Shown: positions 1 through 11,529, numbered from the stretch's first letter. The stretch: 64,000 nucleotides of DNA from an uncultured Gemmatimonadales bacterium (GCA_963809895.1 CAWELD010000003.1:672001-736000), one strand, 5' to 3'. The notes: generated by a model from the sequence alone, not told the origin. Numbers and translations: made by a program.

Positions 1-610
1 ACGCATCAAGGCGCAGATGCTCCTTCCGCGGCACGGCGACGACGAGGACCAGGATCCCCGGGCCGAGCTGGTGCGCCGGTTGCTGGAATACGAGCAGATC
101 CGGGAGATCGCGCAGCGCCTGGAGACCTCGGAGAGCGAGCGGGCCCGCCACTTTCCCAAGGGGTTCGTGCAGCCCCGGCCGCGCCCGGAGCCTTCGGACA
201 CCCCGCTGGAGTCCACCTGGGACGAGGTCTTCGAGGCCGCTCTGGCCGTGGAGCTGCCCGAACGGGGAGAGCGCGGGCACCGGGTGCAGCTCCGCCCCGT
301 GGCCATGGAGACCAAGGTGGCGCTCATTCTGGAAACACTCCGGGAGGCGGCGCGCGTGGAGTTCAGTCAGCTCCTGAGGGGCCTGGAGGGGCTGCAGGCC
401 CGGATGCACGGAGTGATGACCCTTCTGGCATCACTGGAGATGAGCCGGCGCAGGACATTGTTTCTCAGGCAAGTACGGCCTTTCAGCGAGTTGTGGCTCT
501 ACCGCCGGGACGAGGACGAGCTCGATCTCGACGGCGAGTCTGCGACGCCGTGGCTGGGGAAAGCCGCCGCCCAGGACGAACCCTCCGACGAGATGCAGGA
601 GAATCCGTGA
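1..610 (+). CDS. scpA: Segregation and condensation protein A (5'-truncated by window edge)
   Basis: RIKAQMLLP...DPRAELVRRLLEYEQI and a C-terminal LASLEM winged-helix motif; directly upstream of scpB with GTGA overlap. Confidence 0.9.
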   Translation, partial: RIKAQMLLPRHGDDEDQDPRAELVRRLLEYEQIREIAQRLETSESERARHFPKGFVQPRPRPEPSDTPLESTWDEVFEAALAVELPERGERGHRVQLRPVAMETKVALILETLREAARVEFSQLLRGLEGLQARMHGVMTLLASLEMSRRRTLFLRQVRPFSELWLYRRDEDELDLDGESATPWLGKAAAQDEPSDEMQENP

Positions 611-1332
611 AGGCCAGCCAGATCGTGGAGGCCGTGCTGTTCGCCAGTGACGCACCGCTCAAGGCGGAGGAGATCGCCCGGGCCGACGAGTCGCTGGACG
701 AGGACCGAGTCGAGGAGGCGCTGAGGGACCTGCGCTCCTGGTACGACGAGTCCGAGCGCGCCTTCCAGATCGTCGAGGTGGCCGAGGGCTACCAGATCGT
801 GACGCGTTCCGAGTTCGCGCCCTACCTGGAGCGCTTCGACACCGTGCCCAGGCCGTCGCGCCTCTCCGGCCCGGCGCTGGAGACGCTGGCCATCATCGCC
901 TATCGTCAGCCCATCGGCCGCATCGAGATCGAGTACATCCGGGGCGTGAGCTCGGCCGGCGTCATCCGCAGTCTCCAGGACCGCGCCCTGGCGGAGGTCG
1001 TGGGCCGGGGCGAGGGCTTGGGACGGCCGCTTCTCTACGGCACCACCTCGCGCTTCCTGGAGCACTTCGGCTTCAACTCGCTGGACGACCTTCCGCGCCC
1101 GGAGGAGCTCCCGGTGGTGCTGCGCGACCGCATCCCGCTGGGGGACGACGACGACGATGACGAGGAGCGCGAGGCCGAGCCGGCGCCGGAGCTGGCGCTG
1201 GACGGCGAGCCGGTCGAGGGCGACGAGCCAGGCGAGGAGGCCAGGACGAGCGGGGTCGACGGCGTGGCCGACGAGAGCGCGGAGGCGCCGGTCGACGAAG
1301 AAGAGCCCGTGGCCGACGCCGGCGGGAGCTGA
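607..1332 (+). CDS. scpB: SMC-Scp complex subunit ScpB
   Basis: GTG at 607; VEAVLFAS, RLSGPALETLAIIAYRQPI, GRPLLYGTT..FLEHFG..SLDDLP; acidic tail. Confidence 0.95.
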   Translation: MKASQIVEAVLFASDAPLKAEEIARADESLDEDRVEEALRDLRSWYDESERAFQIVEVAEGYQIVTRSEFAPYLERFDTVPRPSRLSGPALETLAIIAYRQPIGRIEIEYIRGVSSAGVIRSLQDRALAEVVGRGEGLGRPLLYGTTSRFLEHFGFNSLDDLPRPEELPVVLRDRIPLGDDDDDDEEREAEPAPELALDGEPVEGDEPGEEARTSGVDGVADESAEAPVDEEEPVADAGGS

Positions 1333-1343
1333 GACCAAGGACG

Positions 1344-2070
1344 ATGGACGGGGAGGTCCGGATCCAGAAGCTGCTGTCCCGGGCAGGGCGTGGCCTCGCG
1401 TCGCGAGGCGGAGGCGCTCATGCTGCAGGGGCGGGTCCGCGTCAACGGCCGGGTGGTGACCACGCTGGGCACCCGGATCGACCCGGAGCAGGACCGCGTG
1501 GAGGTGGACGGACGGGTGGTCGAGGAGGCGCCGGTGCGCTGGGTGGCCTACCATAAGGTGCCGGGCCTGCTGACCACGCGCGACGATCCTCAGGGCCGGG
1601 CCACCGTCTACGAGGAGCTGCCCGGCGACCTGGCCGGTCTGGGCTACGTCGGACGGCTCGACCAGGATACGGAGGGGCTCCTGCTCCTCTCCAACGACGG
1701 CGATGTGGTGCACCGCTTGCTGCACCCCTCGTCCGAGGTGGAGCGGGAGTACGAAGCGGAGGTCGAGGGAGAGCCCGCGGCGCAGGCGCTGGAGCGTCTG
1801 CGCGCGGGGGTGGAGTTGGAGGATGGCCCCGCGCGGGTGCGTCGCGTCGAGCTGCGAGGCAGGCGTCACGGGCACGCGGTGGTGGGGCTGGTGCTCACCG
1901 AGGGGCGGAAGCGGGAAGTCCGCAGGCTGCTTGCGGCCGTCGGGCATCCGGTGGTCCGCCTGACGCGGATCCGGTTCGGACCGGTGACGCTCGGGGGCCT
2001 GAAACCGGGGCGCTGGCGCGAGCTGGACCCCGCGGAGATTCGAGCGCTGAGAACGCGGGTGGCCCCATGA
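1344..2070 (+). CDS. rluB: rRNA pseudouridine synthase (RsuA/RluB family), +1 frameshift at GGG 1386-1388
   Basis: S4 start RIQKLLSRAG joins VASRREAE in another frame; GRLDQDTEGLLLL catalytic motif; scpAB-rluB synteny. Confidence 0.85.
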
Positions 2071-2089
2071 CCGCCCGATTGGAGTCGAC

Positions 2090-3748
2090 ATGGATCTGAA
2101 GGATCGGACCGTCCTCATCCTGGGGGGCGCCGGACTGGTGGGCGTCGCCGTGGCCCGCCGGGTGCTGGAGCACGATGCGCGGCGCGTGATCCTCGCGTCG
2201 CTGCGCCCGGACGAAGCGCGCGAGGCCGTGGAGGCGTTGGCCAGGGAGTACCCGGACCACGCCGAGCGCCTGGAGCCCTTCTGGGGGGACATCTTCCTCC
2301 CTGACGCGCTCAAGGACCGGGACCGGGCGGCGATTCTGGGCGACGCCGAATCGCGGGCCCTGCTGGTGGACGACGTCTTCGGCGAGCTGACCCTGGAGGT
2401 GCTGGAGCGCTCGGCGCTGGGCCGGCTCCTCCTGGATGCGCGTCCGGAAATCCTGGTGGACTGCGTCAACACGGCCGGCGCCCTGGCCTATCAGAACGCC
2501 TTCGCGTCGTCGGCGGAGCTCCGCAGTCGAGCCCAGGAAGGAACGGTCGACACCGAGGCCGTGGATCGCCACCTGGCGACCCTCTACCTTCCCCGCCTCA
2601 TCCGGCACGTTCAGATCGTCCTGGAAGGGATGAAGCGTGCCGAGACCGCGGTGTACGTGAAGGTGGGGACCGCCGGCACCGGCGGCATGGGGCTCAACAT
2701 TCCCTTCACGCACTCCGAGGAGCGTCCCAGCCGCATGCTGTTGGCCAAGTCCTCGCTGGCCGGCGCCCACACGCTCCTGCTCTACCTCATGGCCCGCACG
2801 CCGGGCGCCCCGGCAGTGAAGGAGATCAAGCCCACGGCCGCGATCTCCTGGAAGTCGCTGGGCGTGGGGCCGGTCATGAAGGGCGGACGCCCCATGACGC
2901 GCTCCGATGCCCGGGGCCCGGTGTCCATCGCCGACGCCTTCGGTGCCGGGGCGAAGGATGCCTGGGTGCCCGTCGAGGGGCCCCTGGAGGGCGTCTTCCT
3001 CGACTCGGGCGAGAACGGTCTGTTCAGCCCCGCCGAATTCGAGACGCTCACGGCCCTGGGACTCATGGAGTTCGTGACGCCGGAGGAGATCGCCGAGAAC
3101 GTGCTGCGTGAGATCCTGGCGTACCCCACCGGCAAGGACGTGGTCGCGGCGCTCGACGGTGCTACTATGGGCCCCACCTACCGGGCTGGTGTGCTGAGAA
3201 GCCAGGTCCTGGATCGCATGGACGCCCTGGAGCGGGAGCGCGGCGCCCGCTCGGTGGCCTACGAGATGCTGGGTCCGCCTCGTCTCTCGAAGCTGCTCTT
3301 CGAGGGCGAGCTGCTCAGCCAGCTCTACGAAACCCTGGAGCGCGCCGCCGATCTCGATCCCGACGAGGCCGCCCGTCGGGCCCGCGAGCTGGTGGAGTCC
3401 GACGACGATCTGCGCCAGCGGATCTGTCCATCGGGCTGCCCATCCTGCTTCCCGACGGAGAGACCGTGCTGCGGGGTGCCGAGGTCAAGGTGCCCCCCGA
3501 GGCGGGGCTGCCCGTAGGACCACCCGCGCGTCGCCGACGCCGGCTGGGTCGACCTGCGCCCGTCGAACTGGGCGCGGTGGCGGGAGCGTCTCGCCGGCCT
3601 CCGGGACGACATCGCCCGCCGGCCGGGCCTCGAGGAGGGATCCCGGGCGGACGACGACTATGGCGACGGCGAGGGCCGCCTGCGGCCCGGGCGCCTGGCC
3701 GCCTGGATCTTCCGATACGAGGACAAGGGCGAGCGGATCAAGCGATGA
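2090..3748 (+). CDS. Uncharacterised ~550-aa Rossmann-fold (atypical SDR-like) protein, two compensating frameshifts (~3424, ~3516)
   Basis: N-terminal VLILGGAGLVG; the frame shifts into LSIGLPILLPDGE...VPP and returns to DHPRVADAGWVDLR...[13 protein letters not shown] overlap with upp. Confidence 0.7.
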
Positions 3749-4409
3749 GCGCGGAGACCGAGGTGACCCGCGGGGGGGTTCCCGAATCTGCGGGTGGTGG
3801 ATCATCCCCTCATCCGCCACAAGCTGTCGTATCTGCGCGCGCGCACGACGCCCACCAAGGAGTTCAAGGAGCTGGTAGACGAGATCGCCATGCTCATCAC
3901 CTTCGAGGCGACCCGCGACCTGGCCACGGAGCCGGTGGAGGTGACCACGCCCCTGGAGCGCACGACCTGCCACCGGATCCGCGGCAAGAAGCTGGTGCTG
4001 GTGCCGATCCTCAGGGCCGGCCTGGGGATGGTGGAAGGCGTGCTGCGCCTCATGCCGGGTGCCCGCGTCGGTCACGTGGGCCTCTACCGGAACGAAGAGA
4101 CGCTGGAGCCGGTGGAGTACTACTTCAAGATCCCCCCGAACCCGTCGAGCCGGGAGTTCCTGGTCCTGGATCCCATGCTCGCAACCGGAGGGATCCGCTT
4201 CGGCGGCGGTGAAGCTCCTCAAGGACCGTGGCGCCACCTCCATCCGCTTCCTCTGTCTGGTGGCGGCCCCCGAGGGCGTGCGGCGCATGCTCGAGGACCA
4301 TCCCGACGTCCCGGTGCTGGCGGCGTCGCTGGACCGGCAGCTCAACGAGAACGGCTACATCCTGCCGGGTCTGGGCGACGCGGGGGACCGCTTGTTCGGG
4401 ACGCGGTAG
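3745..4409 (+). CDS. upp: Uracil phosphoribosyltransferase, +1 frameshifts at G7 3772-3778 and GGG 4190-4192
   Basis: [43 protein letters not shown]. Confidence 0.95.
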
Positions 4410-4452
4410 TCGGGGGTAGCGGCGCGTCGGAGCGGCCGCGCCGCCCGGCCGC

Positions 4453-5121
4453 TCACCCACTGGGGTCGATCTCCCGGGTGAGGCGTGCCAGCGTCTCCTC
4501 GTGGCCGGCGACGATGGCGATGTGGGACTCCGTGAGCGGCGTGTCGGGGTCGGGCACCACGTTCCACGCCTCCTGGAGCACGTCGTAGAGGGCGACCACC
4601 TGGACGCCGTGACGGGTGGGCAGGCCGAGGTCGCGCAGCGTGCGGCCTACCCAGGCATCGGGAATCGCCATCTCCTGGATCGCGTGGTCCTTTCCCAGGT
4701 GGATGTAGTCCAGCACCGTCGTGGAGGCGATGCGCCGGGCGAGGCGCTCCGCCGCCTCACGCTCCGGAAAGATCATCTCGTCGACCTCGAAGCGCTCCAG
4801 CGCGCGGGCGGCCCGGGTGCTCGCCACCTTGGCGTGGATGCGGTTCACGCCCACCTCCTTGAGCGCCAGGATGGCCATGATGCTGGCCGCCAGGTCCTCG
4901 CCGGTGCTGATGACGGCGGCGTCGGCGTCGGCGGCTCCCACGCGGCGCAACACGTCGGGGTCGGTGGCGTCACCCACCACACCCCGCGTCACGCCGTCGG
5001 CGTAGCGATCCACCAGGGTCTCGTCGAGGTCCAGGGCGATGACCTCGAAGCCCTGGGTGTAGAGCGCCTGCGCCACCCAGGAGCCGAATCGCCCGAGTCC
5101 GATCACCACGAATCGCTTCAT
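4453..5121 (-). CDS. ktrA: KtrA/TrkA-type RCK K+ uptake regulatory subunit
   Basis: [13 protein letters not shown]-binding motif, FPERE motif, TrkA_C domain, 222 aa. Confidence 0.85.
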   Translation of the reverse strand: MKRFVVIGLGRFGSWVAQALYTQGFEVIALDLDETLVDRYADGVTRGVVGDATDPDVLRRVGAADADAAVISTGEDLAASIMAILALKEVGVNRIHAKVASTRAARALERFEVDEMIFPEREAAERLARRIASTTVLDYIHLGKDHAIQEMAIPDAWVGRTLRDLGLPTRHGVQVVALYDVLQEAWNVVPDPDTPLTESHIAIVAGHEETLARLTREIDPSG

Positions 5122-5140
5122 CGTCGTCTCCAGAAATGCA

Positions 5141-6552
5141 TCAACCCAGAATCACGTCTTCGTGCCCGTAGCGAAGCTCGGCGCCGCCGTGCCGGGCCGA
5201 CACCATGGCCGCCACGATGGCCGCCGGGCCGACCCTTCCCAGGAACATGAGCAGGGTGATCACCAGGCGGCCCGGCACGCTGAGCACGGTCGTGGCGCCC
5301 ATGGAGAGCCCGACGGTGCCGAATGCGCTGTGCGTCTCGAACAGGATGCGCACCAGGCCGTCGCGATTGGAGGGTCCGTGGGCCAGTGCCTCGGTGGCCA
5401 TGAGCACGAACACCCCGATCCCCAGGATCGCGGCCCCGCCCACCACCAGGCCGACGCCCCGGTGCACCGATTCCCAGGGCACGGTGCGGTCGAAGATCGC
5501 CACGTGACGGCGGCCGCGCAGGCGGCTCCACAGGAGCAGCGTGAGCAAGGCCGCCGGCACCGTCTTGATTCCGCCGGCCGTGGAGCCGGGCGAGCCCCCG
5601 ATGGTCATGAGAATCAGGGTGAGCACCACCGCGGGGTTGGTGAGATGGTCGTAGTTCACCGTGTTGAATCCCGCCGTCCGGGGCGTCACGGACAGGAAGA
5701 CCGCGTTGAGCAGCTTCACGGGCCAGGACATGGGGCCCAGCGTGCGCGGATTGCGTGCCTCGAAGAGGAGGTACAGGAAGAATCCCGCCAGCAGGAGGAC
5801 GCCGGTGGTTACCAGCACCAGCTTGGAGTGCACCGTAAGTCGACGGGTGGCCTTGCGCACGTAGCAGGCCCGCAGGTCCTCCACCACCACGAACCCCAGC
5901 CCGCCCGCGATGATGAGCGCGCTCACGGTGCCCACGGTGAGCGGTGAGGTGTTGAGGCTCACCAGCGAATCGGAGAAGGTGGAGAAGCCGGCGTTGCAGA
6001 AGGCGGAGATACTGTGGAAGACGGCGTGCCACGCGGGCGGCGAGCGCCCCGAAGCGCGTGCGCCACTCCAGCCACAACGCCGCGGCGCCGATGGCCTCGA
6101 CGGTGATGGTGAGCATCAGGACGGTCCGGAGCAGCGAGCGGAAGGACACGTTGCGCAGGTAGGCGGCGTGCCCGCCGGCGGCCTCCTCCATCTCCAGGTG
6201 GCGGCCCCCCATGATGGCGATGATCAGCGTGCTGAAGGTGAGGATGCCCAGGCCACCGGCCTGGATCAGCGCCAGGATCCACGCCTGCCCCAGCGGCGTG
6301 AAGTAGGTGGCGGTGTCGACCACGATGAGGCCGGTGACGCACACGGCGCTGGTGGCGGTGAAGAGGGCGTCCACGAAGCCCAGGCCCTCACCCCGATAGA
6401 GCCCCGGGATCACCAGGAAGCCCGACGGTGCCCACGGCAATCAGGCCCAGGAAGGACAGAACGAAGAGCTGCGCCGCGCTCAGGGCCCGGCTGCCACGGG
6501 GCCGGCCGGTCTCGTGGGGCAGCGTCAGCCGCAGACGTTCTCCCAGGATCAC
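5141..6552 (-). CDS. ktrB: KtrB/TrkH-family K+ channel subunit, +1 frameshifts at ~6422 and ~6036
   Basis: SAVCVTGL, SAFCNAGFS, PRTAGFNT, GGSPGSTAGGIK, SAFGTVGLSMG, MFLGRVGP; GTG start at 6552. Confidence 0.85.
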
Positions 6553-6571
6553 GACGGAATCGACCCGCGCT

Positions 6572-8051
6572 TCAAGCCACGGCTCCCCGCGTACGCCGGC
6601 GAGCCCAGGTCTCGGGGAGGAAGAGGAGGAGGACCGTGTAGATCTCGAGGCGTCCTGCGAGCATGAGGAAGGTCAGGATGCCGTGAGCCGGCGCCGGCAT
6701 CCAGCCGTAGTGCTCGGTGGCGCCCACGTTGCCCAGGCCGGGGCCGATGTTGCCCACGGTGGCGGCGCTGGCGCCCAGTGCGGTGACCAAGTCCATGCCC
6801 AGGAAGGTGAGGGCGATGGCGCCGGCGAGAAAGAGGAGCAGGTAGAGCATCACGAAGCCGATGACGTTGGCCAACACGTCTTCGCCGACCACGTGACGCC
6901 CCACCCGCGCCAGGAACACGGCCCGGGGATGCAGGTGCTTGCGCAGCTCGAGCCAGCCCTGCTTGAGCACCAGGAGCACGCGTACCGCCTTGATGGAGCC
7001 TCCGGTGGAGCCGGCCATCCCTCCGACGAACATGAGCGCGAACAGGATCATCTGGGCGGCCGGCACCCACTGCTCGTAGTCGGCGCGTGATGAATCCCGT
7101 GGTGGTGACCACCGAGGTCGCCTGGAAGAGGCCGTCCCGGAGCGCCCGCTCCATGCCCGCTCCATTCAGCGCGTAGGTGCCCGCGGACAGGTTGATGGCC
7201 GTCAGCACCAGGCCTCCGCCGAGCACCACGGCGGTGAAGAAGCGCCATTCATGGTCCCGGAAGTAGTCCAGCTTTCCGGTGGCAGCCCGGAAGTGCAACG
7301 CGAAATTCACGCCGGCGAGGTACATGAAGACGATGGTCACGTACTGGAGATAGGCCGACGGATACGCGCCCAGCGAGGCCGTGCGCGTGCTGAATCCCCC
7401 CGTGGCCAGGGTGCCGAAGGTGTGGGTGACGGCGTCGAAGAGCGTCATGCCGCCGGCGAGATAGAGCGCCGTCTGGATCACCGTCAGCCCCACGTAGACC
7501 AACCACAGGAGCTTGGCCGTCTGCGTGATCCGCGGGCGTAGACGCTCCGGCGTGGGCCCCGGGACCTCGGCGCGGAAGAGCTGCATCCCGCCCACGCCCA
7601 GGAAGGGCAGCACCGCGATCACCAGCACGATGATCCCCATGCCCCCGAGCCAGTGGGTCAGGGAGCGCCAGAAGAGGATGCCGTGGGGCAGCCGCTCGAT
7701 GTTGTCGAACACGGTGGCGCCGGTGGTGGTGAACCCCGACATGGACTCGAAGAGCGCCGCCCAGAAGGAATGCAGCACGCCGGTCCACAGGTAGGGCAGG
7801 GCACCGGCCACGGCGGTGCCGAGCCAGGCGAAGGTCACGATGAGGTAGCCTTCGCGGGGGGTGATGTCTCCCTCCACACCGGTCAGGCGCCAGACGACCC
7901 CGCCCACGGCGGTCGTCACCAGCCCCGAGAGCAGGATGCCGGTGGCGTCGCCCTCGCCGTACCCCAGCGCCACGAGCCACGCCAGGCCCATGGCGATACC
8001 GACGAAGACCAGGAGGAGGCCCACGACGTTGAGGACGTGCCGGAAGGACAT
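6572..8051 (-). CDS. trkH: TrkH K+ uptake membrane protein, +1 frameshift at ~7087
   Basis: FESMSGFTTTGAT, WLGGMGII, ATGGFS, TTTGF, GGMAGSTGGSIK, GNIGPGLG, GRLEI. Confidence 0.9.
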
Positions 8052-8091
8052 CACACGCCCGCACGCATGTCGAGATGCCGGAGCGCCGGAG

Positions 8092-9437
8092 TCATGCGAA
8101 CTGGCGCTCGATCTCGGAGATGGCTTCGGGCAAGCGCGAACACGATCACCTCGTCCCCGACGAGAATAGCGTCGTCGCCGCCGGGGATCAGGATCTCACC
8201 GTCGCGGAGGATGGTTCCCACCAGGGCGCCGGCCGGGAAGTCGAGATCCCGAAGGAGGCGGCCGGCCACCCGGGCGTCGGGCCCCACCGCGAACTCGATG
8301 GCCTCGGCCTCGATGCCCTTGAGCGCCGCGACCGTCATCACCCGGCCCCGGCGCACGTAGCGCAGGATCGCGTTGACCGTGGACATGCGGGGAGACACGG
8401 CGGCGTCGATGCCCACCTTGGGCACGATGGGCAGGTAGTCGAACTTGTGGACCATGCTCACCACCTTGCGGGCGCCCACGGTCTTGGCCAGCAGAGAGGC
8501 CAGCAGATTCGTCTCGTCGTGCCCGGTGCAGGCGACGAAACCGTCGATCCCGGCGACGCCCTCCATCTCCAGGAGCTCCAGGTCGGTGGCGTCGGCGTGG
8601 AGCACCAGCGAGCGTGGCAGGCGCTCGGCCAGCTCCAGGCAGCGCCGGCGGTCGTGGTCCAGGATGGTGCATTCGATCCCGTGCTTCTCCAGAAGCTCGG
8701 CCAGGTATTCGCCCTCGGCGCTGCCGCCGGCGATCATCACCCGGCGCAGCGTGAAGCGCTCGTAGCCCGCCAGGGGAGGGATGGCGGCCACCTCCTCGGT
8801 GGGCGCGAGAGTGTAGATCTGATCGCCGGCCTCGATGCGGTCATTACCCCGGGGGATGATGGTGCGGTCGTTGCGCACGATGGCGACGGTCACGTACCGG
8901 AACTCGCGCAGCTCCTGGCCGAGCTCGGCAAGCGTCTTCCCGGCCACCCGAGCGCCCTCCCGCACGCGGAGACCGAGGAGTTGCACCCTGCCGTCGGCGA
9001 ACTGCGCCACGTCGGTGGCCGCGGCGCTCTGCAGGAGCTGGTAGGTCTCGAACGCGCACTCCCGCTCGGGGTTGATGAGGAGGTCGATGCCCAGCGCCTC
9101 GCGCGACAGCACGCTCCCGGGCTGGTAGTACTCCGGGTTGCTGATCCGGGCGATGGTGTAGATTCACCCCCATGCGGCTGGCGGCCAGGCAGGAGATGAG
9201 GTTCACCTCGTCGGTGCTCGTCACGGCCAGGAGGAGGCGCGCGCCCCGGATGCCGGCCCGCTCGAGGACCGGAAGCGACGCCCCGTTGCCCACCACGGTC
9301 ATCACGTCGAGTTGCTGCCCGGCGAACTCGGCCCGCTCGGGATCGGCCTCGATGAGGATGACGTCCTGGTTCTCTTCGGACAGGCGCTGCGCCAGGTGGA
9401 ATCCAACCTCGCCGGCGCCGACGATGAGGACTTTCAT
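8092..9437 (-). CDS. trkA: Trk system K+ transporter TrkA (double RCK), +1 frameshifts at ~9163 and ~8131
   Basis: MKVLIVGAGEVGFHLA, INPERE, second RCK domain; the corrected end is VFALPEAISEIERQFA*. Confidence 0.9.
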
Positions 9438-9644
9438 GCGCGTCGTTGAGGGGGGGCGCGGGGGGCCGCCGGGCTCCCGGTGAAGGAGGGCGGCGACGGG
9501 AGTTCGGGAAAGCTAGACACGCCGCCCGTGGCGGGCAAAGGTCCGGGGAACTCCGGCGAGGTTCGGGGGCACCATAGATGAGACCCTTCCCTCCACTTGC
9601 CGTCGGGGCAGGTGTCCCGGCGGGCCGACGCGGAGAGTGTCCTC

Positions 9645-10754
9645 ATGATGACCCATCAGCGCCTCGTGGAACTGTACCGGGATCTCAAGGATCAACCGGT
9701 GCTCAGCGTCTACATGGACGTGGACCAGCACGATCCCGCCGAACGCGACGCGTGGCGCCGCCGCCTGGAGCGCGCGGTGGCGGAGGTGCGGCGGCAGGCG
9801 GAGACGGCGGGCAACGGGCATGGCGTGGACGCGTTCGACGCCGCGTGGGCCCGGCTGCGAGGGGAGCTGCAGAGCTTCGACGGCTTCCTCCCGGGCCGCG
9901 GATGGGTGGGATTCGCCACCCGTGACGACGTGCGCTACGCGGAGGCGCTGCCCGTGCCCATGCCGGACCTGGTGCGCTGGGAGCAGGGGATTCGCGCGGC
10001 GCCCTACGTGCGCGGGCTCAAGCAGCTTCGGCCGGTCGTGGTGGTGCTCGCCGATCGACAGCGCGCCCGTCTCCTGATCTATCGTGACGGCGAGATCCGG
10101 GAGCCCGAGGACCTGCGGGCCGACACCGCGCTCGGTGACCTGAGCGACGTGAACATGGGTAAGCGCGGTGCCAGGACCACGGGCATCCGGGGCGCCACCT
10201 CGACGGACCAGGCCCAGCGCCTGCTCGAAGTCAGCTCGGAGCGCATGTGGAAGGCGCTGGGGCAGCGCGTGTCGGAATACGCGGGCTTCAACGGTTATGT
10301 GGTGCTCGGGGGGACCCCGGAGACCGTGAGCAGGCTCGCAGGCTATCTGCCCGAGAGCTTCTCGGACCGGATTCTCGAGCGCCCCTCGCTCCATCTGGCG
10401 ATGACGCCGGCGCAGGTCCTGGAGGCTGCCGAACAGGCGGCCCGTGAGCTCACCGAGGCCCGGCTGGAGGTGTCGGTGGACGAGGTGGTGGACCGGGCCC
10501 GGAGCGGCGGCCGGGCGGTCCTGGGCCGGCAGGGGACCGAACGGGCGCTGCGTGAGATGCGGGTCGATCTCCTCCTGCTTTCGCGCGGGTTCATCGACGC
10601 CCACCCCGACTTCGCCGACCGCTGCGTCGGCACGGCGCTGGCGCAGGACGCCTCGGTGGAAGAGGTGCCCGGCGAGGGCGCCGCGCGCCTGGACGCCGAG
10701 GGAGAGGGGATCGGCGCCCGGTTGCGCTACCGGCTGGACGTCGACGGCGCCTGA
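9645..10754 (+). CDS. Bacterial aeRF1/Pelota-like (baeRF, Balon-like) protein lacking GGQ
   Basis: VLSVYMD N-domain, VVVVLADRQRARLL middle domain, VVLGG, AVLG...LREMRVDLLL and C-terminal GIGARLRY typical of the eRF1-like L7Ae domain; ~369 aa. Confidence 0.7.
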   Translation: MMTHQRLVELYRDLKDQPVLSVYMDVDQHDPAERDAWRRRLERAVAEVRRQAETAGNGHGVDAFDAAWARLRGELQSFDGFLPGRGWVGFATRDDVRYAEALPVPMPDLVRWEQGIRAAPYVRGLKQLRPVVVVLADRQRARLLIYRDGEIREPEDLRADTALGDLSDVNMGKRGARTTGIRGATSTDQAQRLLEVSSERMWKALGQRVSEYAGFNGYVVLGGTPETVSRLAGYLPESFSDRILERPSLHLAMTPAQVLEAAEQAARELTEARLEVSVDEVVDRARSGGRAVLGRQGTERALREMRVDLLLLSRGFIDAHPDFADRCVGTALAQDASVEEVPGEGAARLDAEGEGIGARLRYRLDVDGA

Positions 10755-10775
10755 CCCGGGGACGAGGGAACCCGT

Positions 10776-10781
10776 TAGATT
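10776..10781 (+). promoter_or_regulatory. Putative -10 element for a leaderless transcript
   Basis: TAGATT lies 7 nt before ATG 10789, with no SD in between. Confidence 0.4.
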
Positions 10782-10788
10782 TCCCTCC

Positions 10789-11529
10789 ATGGAGCCACAT
10801 CTCGACTTCGAGATCCAGGCGCAGCCGGATGACGTGACGTGCGGTCCTACCTGTCTGCACGCCGTCTACCGCTATTACGGTGATGACGCCCGCATCTCGG
10901 ATCTGATCCGCGAGGTGACGGTCCTGGAAGACCGGGGCACCCTCGCCGTCTACCTGGCGTGCCACGCGCTGCGCCGGGGATACGACGCCACGCTCTGGAC
11001 GTACAATCTGGAGTTGTTCGATCCCTCCTGGTTCCCGGTGGGGCCCGAGGGCTTGGCCTCCAAGCTGCGGGCTCAGGCCGCGGTAAAGCACGAGGGGAGG
11101 CTTCAGGTGGCCACCGAAGCCTATCTGGAGTTCCTGGAGCTCGGAGGCCGGGTCGAATACCGTGAACTGACGCCCGACCTGATCCGCGGGCCCCTGAGGC
11201 GGGGGCAGCCGATCCTCACCGGGTTGAACGCCACCTACCTCTACGGGTGCGCCCGGGAGATCGATGAAGGCCGCATCGAGTACGACGACATTCGCGGGAC
11301 CTCCATGGGCCACTTCGTGGTGTTGCACGGCTACGATCCCGACACCCGCGAGGTCCTGGTGGCGGATCCGCTCCGGGACAACCCGCGCTACACGGGGCAG
11401 CGCTACCGTGTGACGGTGCACCGGCTGCTGGGCGCCATCCTGCTGGGCGTGCTGACCTACGACGGTAGCCTCCTGGTGCTGGAGCCCCCGGAGGTCGGGG
11501 GCGAGACCGCGGGACGGAGCTGGCCATGA
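10789..11529 (+). CDS. Peptidase C39-like (papain-fold) protein
   Basis: QPDDVTCGPTCL, GHFVVLHGYD, VLVADP (Q-C-H-D arrangement). Confidence 0.8.
   Translation: MEPHLDFEIQAQPDDVTCGPTCLHAVYRYYGDDARISDLIREVTVLEDRGTLAVYLACHALRRGYDATLWTYNLELFDPSWFPVGPEGLASKLRAQAAVKHEGRLQVATEAYLEFLELGGRVEYRELTPDLIRGPLRRGQPILTGLNATYLYGCAREIDEGRIEYDDIRGTSMGHFVVLHGYDPDTREVLVADPLRDNPRYTGQRYRVTVHRLLGAILLGVLTYDGSLLVLEPPEVGGETAGRSWP

Noticed and set aside
3424..3517. Programmed frameshift or TAG readthrough in the SDR-like gene
   Set aside because: Lies in an indel-rich region with no slippery-site or recoding signal; two compensating errors explain it.
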